Part shown: positions 16,323-17,911 of the stretch, in pieces | Layout: each line of letters starts with the position of its first letter | Numbering within the stretch: the stretch's first letter is position 1 | DNA from: Oculatellaceae cyanobacterium bins.114 | GTDB taxonomy: Bacteria; Cyanobacteriota; Cyanobacteriia; Elainellales; Elainellaceae | Length of the DNA stretch: 17,911 bases | Direction: 5' to 3' | Assembly (NCBI GenBank): GCA_033764315.1 | Contig: JANRJA010000080.1 | Location: forward strand, 1-17,911 | Notes under the pieces: model-generated | The model's database searches: none | What the model was told of the DNA's origin: nothing | The model's input: only the letters and a program-made list of their open reading frames with translations | Translations under genes and position numbers: made by a program

Positions 16323-17216
16323 CTGTTCAGGCGATCGCATCGCAACTCGTAATTTAGCCGATCGCGCCCGTCCATTCTGCCGTATCTCTTCTTCAGTAGC
16401 TTCGATTGGTTTTTTGGTGATCACCTTCAGTAGCTCTGAACCTTTGAGGGTATGTTTGACGATGCGATCTTCCAGGCTGTGGAAGCTGATGATGGCAATC
16501 CGGCCTTCCGGTTTGAGCCAGTGGGGAGCTTTTTGCAAAAAGGTTTCCAGCACCTCTAACTCGCGATTTACCGCAATTCGTAAGGCCTGAAAGGTGCGTG
16601 TGGCAGGATGAATGCGCCCGTAGCGATATTTGGGTGGGACAGCATGGGCGATCGCTTCTGCCAGTGCGGTTGTGGTTTCAAAGGGACGCTGTTGCACAAT
16701 CCGTCGGGCAATTTGTCGAGACAGTCGTTCTTCACCGTAGGTAAAAAACAAATTGGCTAACTTAACTTCTTCCCAGGAGTTAATCACCTCAGCCGCTGTT
16801 AATGATTGCGTTTGATTCATTCGCATGTCGAGCGGGGCCGTGTGCCGAAAGCTAAAACCGCGATCGCCCATGTCAAATTGCGCTGAACTCACCCCCAAAT
16901 CTGCCAGGATGCCGTCAAACCGTTTCTCACCGGGGTCGTAATCGGCAAAATTGCTGTGATAGAACTGAACGCGATCGCCATACTCCGCTAACGTTATACG
17001 AGCCGCTGCGATCGCCTGTTGATCTTGATCCAGGGCAGTAATCCGCACATCATCAGCCGCTTGCAAAATTAGGGAGCTATGTCCACCCCCACCCACCGTT
17101 GCATCCAAGTAGTGCCCACGCGATCGCACGGCTAACCCTTCGACTACTTCCCTCGCTAACACAGGGATGTGGCTAAAAAGGCTCCCTTGTTCGGACTCAA
17201 TCTCTGAAAAACTCAA
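16308..17216 (-). CDS. rsmH: 16S rRNA (cytosine1402-N4)-methyltransferase RsmH (MraW)
   Basis: Motifs [66 protein letters not shown] and RARSAKLR. The start is TTG and its exact position is somewhat uncertain. Confidence 0.97.
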   Translation of the reverse strand: MSFSEIESEQGSLFSHIPVLAREVVEGLAVRSRGHYLDATVGGGGHSSLILQAADDVRITALDQDQQAIAAARITLAEYGDRVQFYHSNFADYDPGEKRFDGILADLGVSSAQFDMGDRGFSFRHTAPLDMRMNQTQSLTAAEVINSWEEVKLANLFFTYGEERLSRQIARRIVQQRPFETTTALAEAIAHAVPPKYRYGRIHPATRTFQALRIAVNRELEVLETFLQKAPHWLKPEGRIAIISFHSLEDRIVKHTLKGSELLKVITKKPIEATEEEIRQNGRARSAKLRVAMRSPEQLESF

Positions 17217-17295
17217 TCGCTCAATTCCCTAAAACTTCATCAAACACCCTTTTAAGTAGAACAGATTTTGAACCGTGTTGTAGATTTCCTGCTCA

Positions 17296-17832
17296 CTATA
17301 AATCTGCTGAATGTCTTGGTCTATCTGGAAGAAGGGACAAAAGCAACGTGCTAGATAGATTAAAAATTCCCACTGCTCCCCAGATTGGATGATGTCCCTT
17401 TGCTTTAGCTAAAGAACAGCAAGCCAGAATCCAAAAGACTGACCAGACCAGTCCTAAAACTGCAAAGTACGCCTTGTTGGAGGGGATGATTCCACTTTGT
17501 ACGGCAATCCTTGATAGCAAACCCGTACTCGTGTGAACGATCAACGCATTCGTGACGCGATCGAGTGCTTTTTTGGTATGGTCAGGGTGTAAATTTTCGC
17601 CATTTCTTCTAAAAAGAATAATTGTGCTGATTGCTCCAAGCGAAATAGCGATAGTGTACAGAATGACTTTTTCGAGTACCTCTTCAGAACCTTTGAGATC
17701 AATTAATGCGTTGAAGTTTGACAGGATGCCAAAGAGTCTAACGAATGCGAGACCTGTTGCAAATACAGCAACTAGTGCTGTGTCACAGCTTAATTTTAGG
17801 GTAGACAGAAGTGAGTTTACATCGAGCATCAT
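17296..17832 (-). CDS. Hypothetical multi-pass membrane protein
   Basis: 178-aa ATG ORF with about five hydrophobic segments and a C-terminal CCSLAKAKGHHPIWGAVGIFNLSSTLLLSLLPDR motif. Confidence 0.65.
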   Translation of the reverse strand: MMLDVNSLLSTLKLSCDTALVAVFATGLAFVRLFGILSNFNALIDLKGSEEVLEKVILYTIAISLGAISTIILFRRNGENLHPDHTKKALDRVTNALIVHTSTGLLSRIAVQSGIIPSNKAYFAVLGLVWSVFWILACCSLAKAKGHHPIWGAVGIFNLSSTLLLSLLPDRPRHSADL

Positions 17833-17911
17833 CGATCTTCATCTGCCAATCAACACCCCGTTGAGTGTTGTTAACATCAGTTGACCAAGCGGCCGTTGCC
17901 TCTCGTAAGGT

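Larger units (their letters stand above)
209..17127. repeat. HIP1 octamer GCGATCGC dispersed throughout (about 34 perfect copies)
   Basis: Examples at 209, 563, 860, 1830, 2470, 3075, 5342, 7041, 8702, 9202, 11302, 13063, 14173, 16331, 16971 and 17120. This is about 1.9 per kb, whereas fewer than one copy is expected by chance in the whole window. Confidence 0.95.

Noticed and set aside
209..17127. HIP1 abundance as a novel repeat system
   Set aside because: It is a well-known cyanobacterial genome feature, used here only as a taxonomic and ancestry marker.
17552..17884. 110-aa plus-strand ORF
   Set aside because: Ser-rich antisense shadow of the 178-aa membrane protein, which has the more protein-like TM pattern.
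1..17911. CRISPR array, tRNA/rRNA, transposase, prophage or defence genes
   Set aside because: No regularly spaced repeat-spacer array, cloverleaf or rRNA-like sequence, and no ORF with such motifs was seen.

Overview
Cyanobacterial chromosomal window. About 34 perfect HIP1 octamers (GCGATCGC) were counted by eye, and the gene content and intergenic repeats suggest a filamentous cyanobacterium. Core genes are a 5'-truncated UPF0182 membrane protein, nusB-ftsY, ilvE and rsmH. Interspersed accessory genes are an output-less tandem-PAS protein, an AI-2E transporter, a DUF421 protein, a YbjN/CesT-like chaperone-fold protein, an orphan GvpV-like coiled-coil protein, an acidic hypothetical protein, a NarL-family (OrrA-like) response regulator divergent from a PAS histidine kinase, a SAM methyltransferase, a secreted MBL-fold hydrolase and a hypothetical membrane protein. 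Intergenic regions carry several small palindromic elements, including a TA-flanked ~114-bp MITE-like element and a GTAG-type REP-like element. I found no CRISPR array, rRNA, tRNA or transposase. I see no unambiguous new multi-gene system. The best leads are the PAS protein with duplicated His-containing coiled-coil repeats and an unnamed C-terminal motif, the regulator/kinase pair, the MITE and the orphan gvpV-like gene. All family calls come from motif recognition, not database searches.
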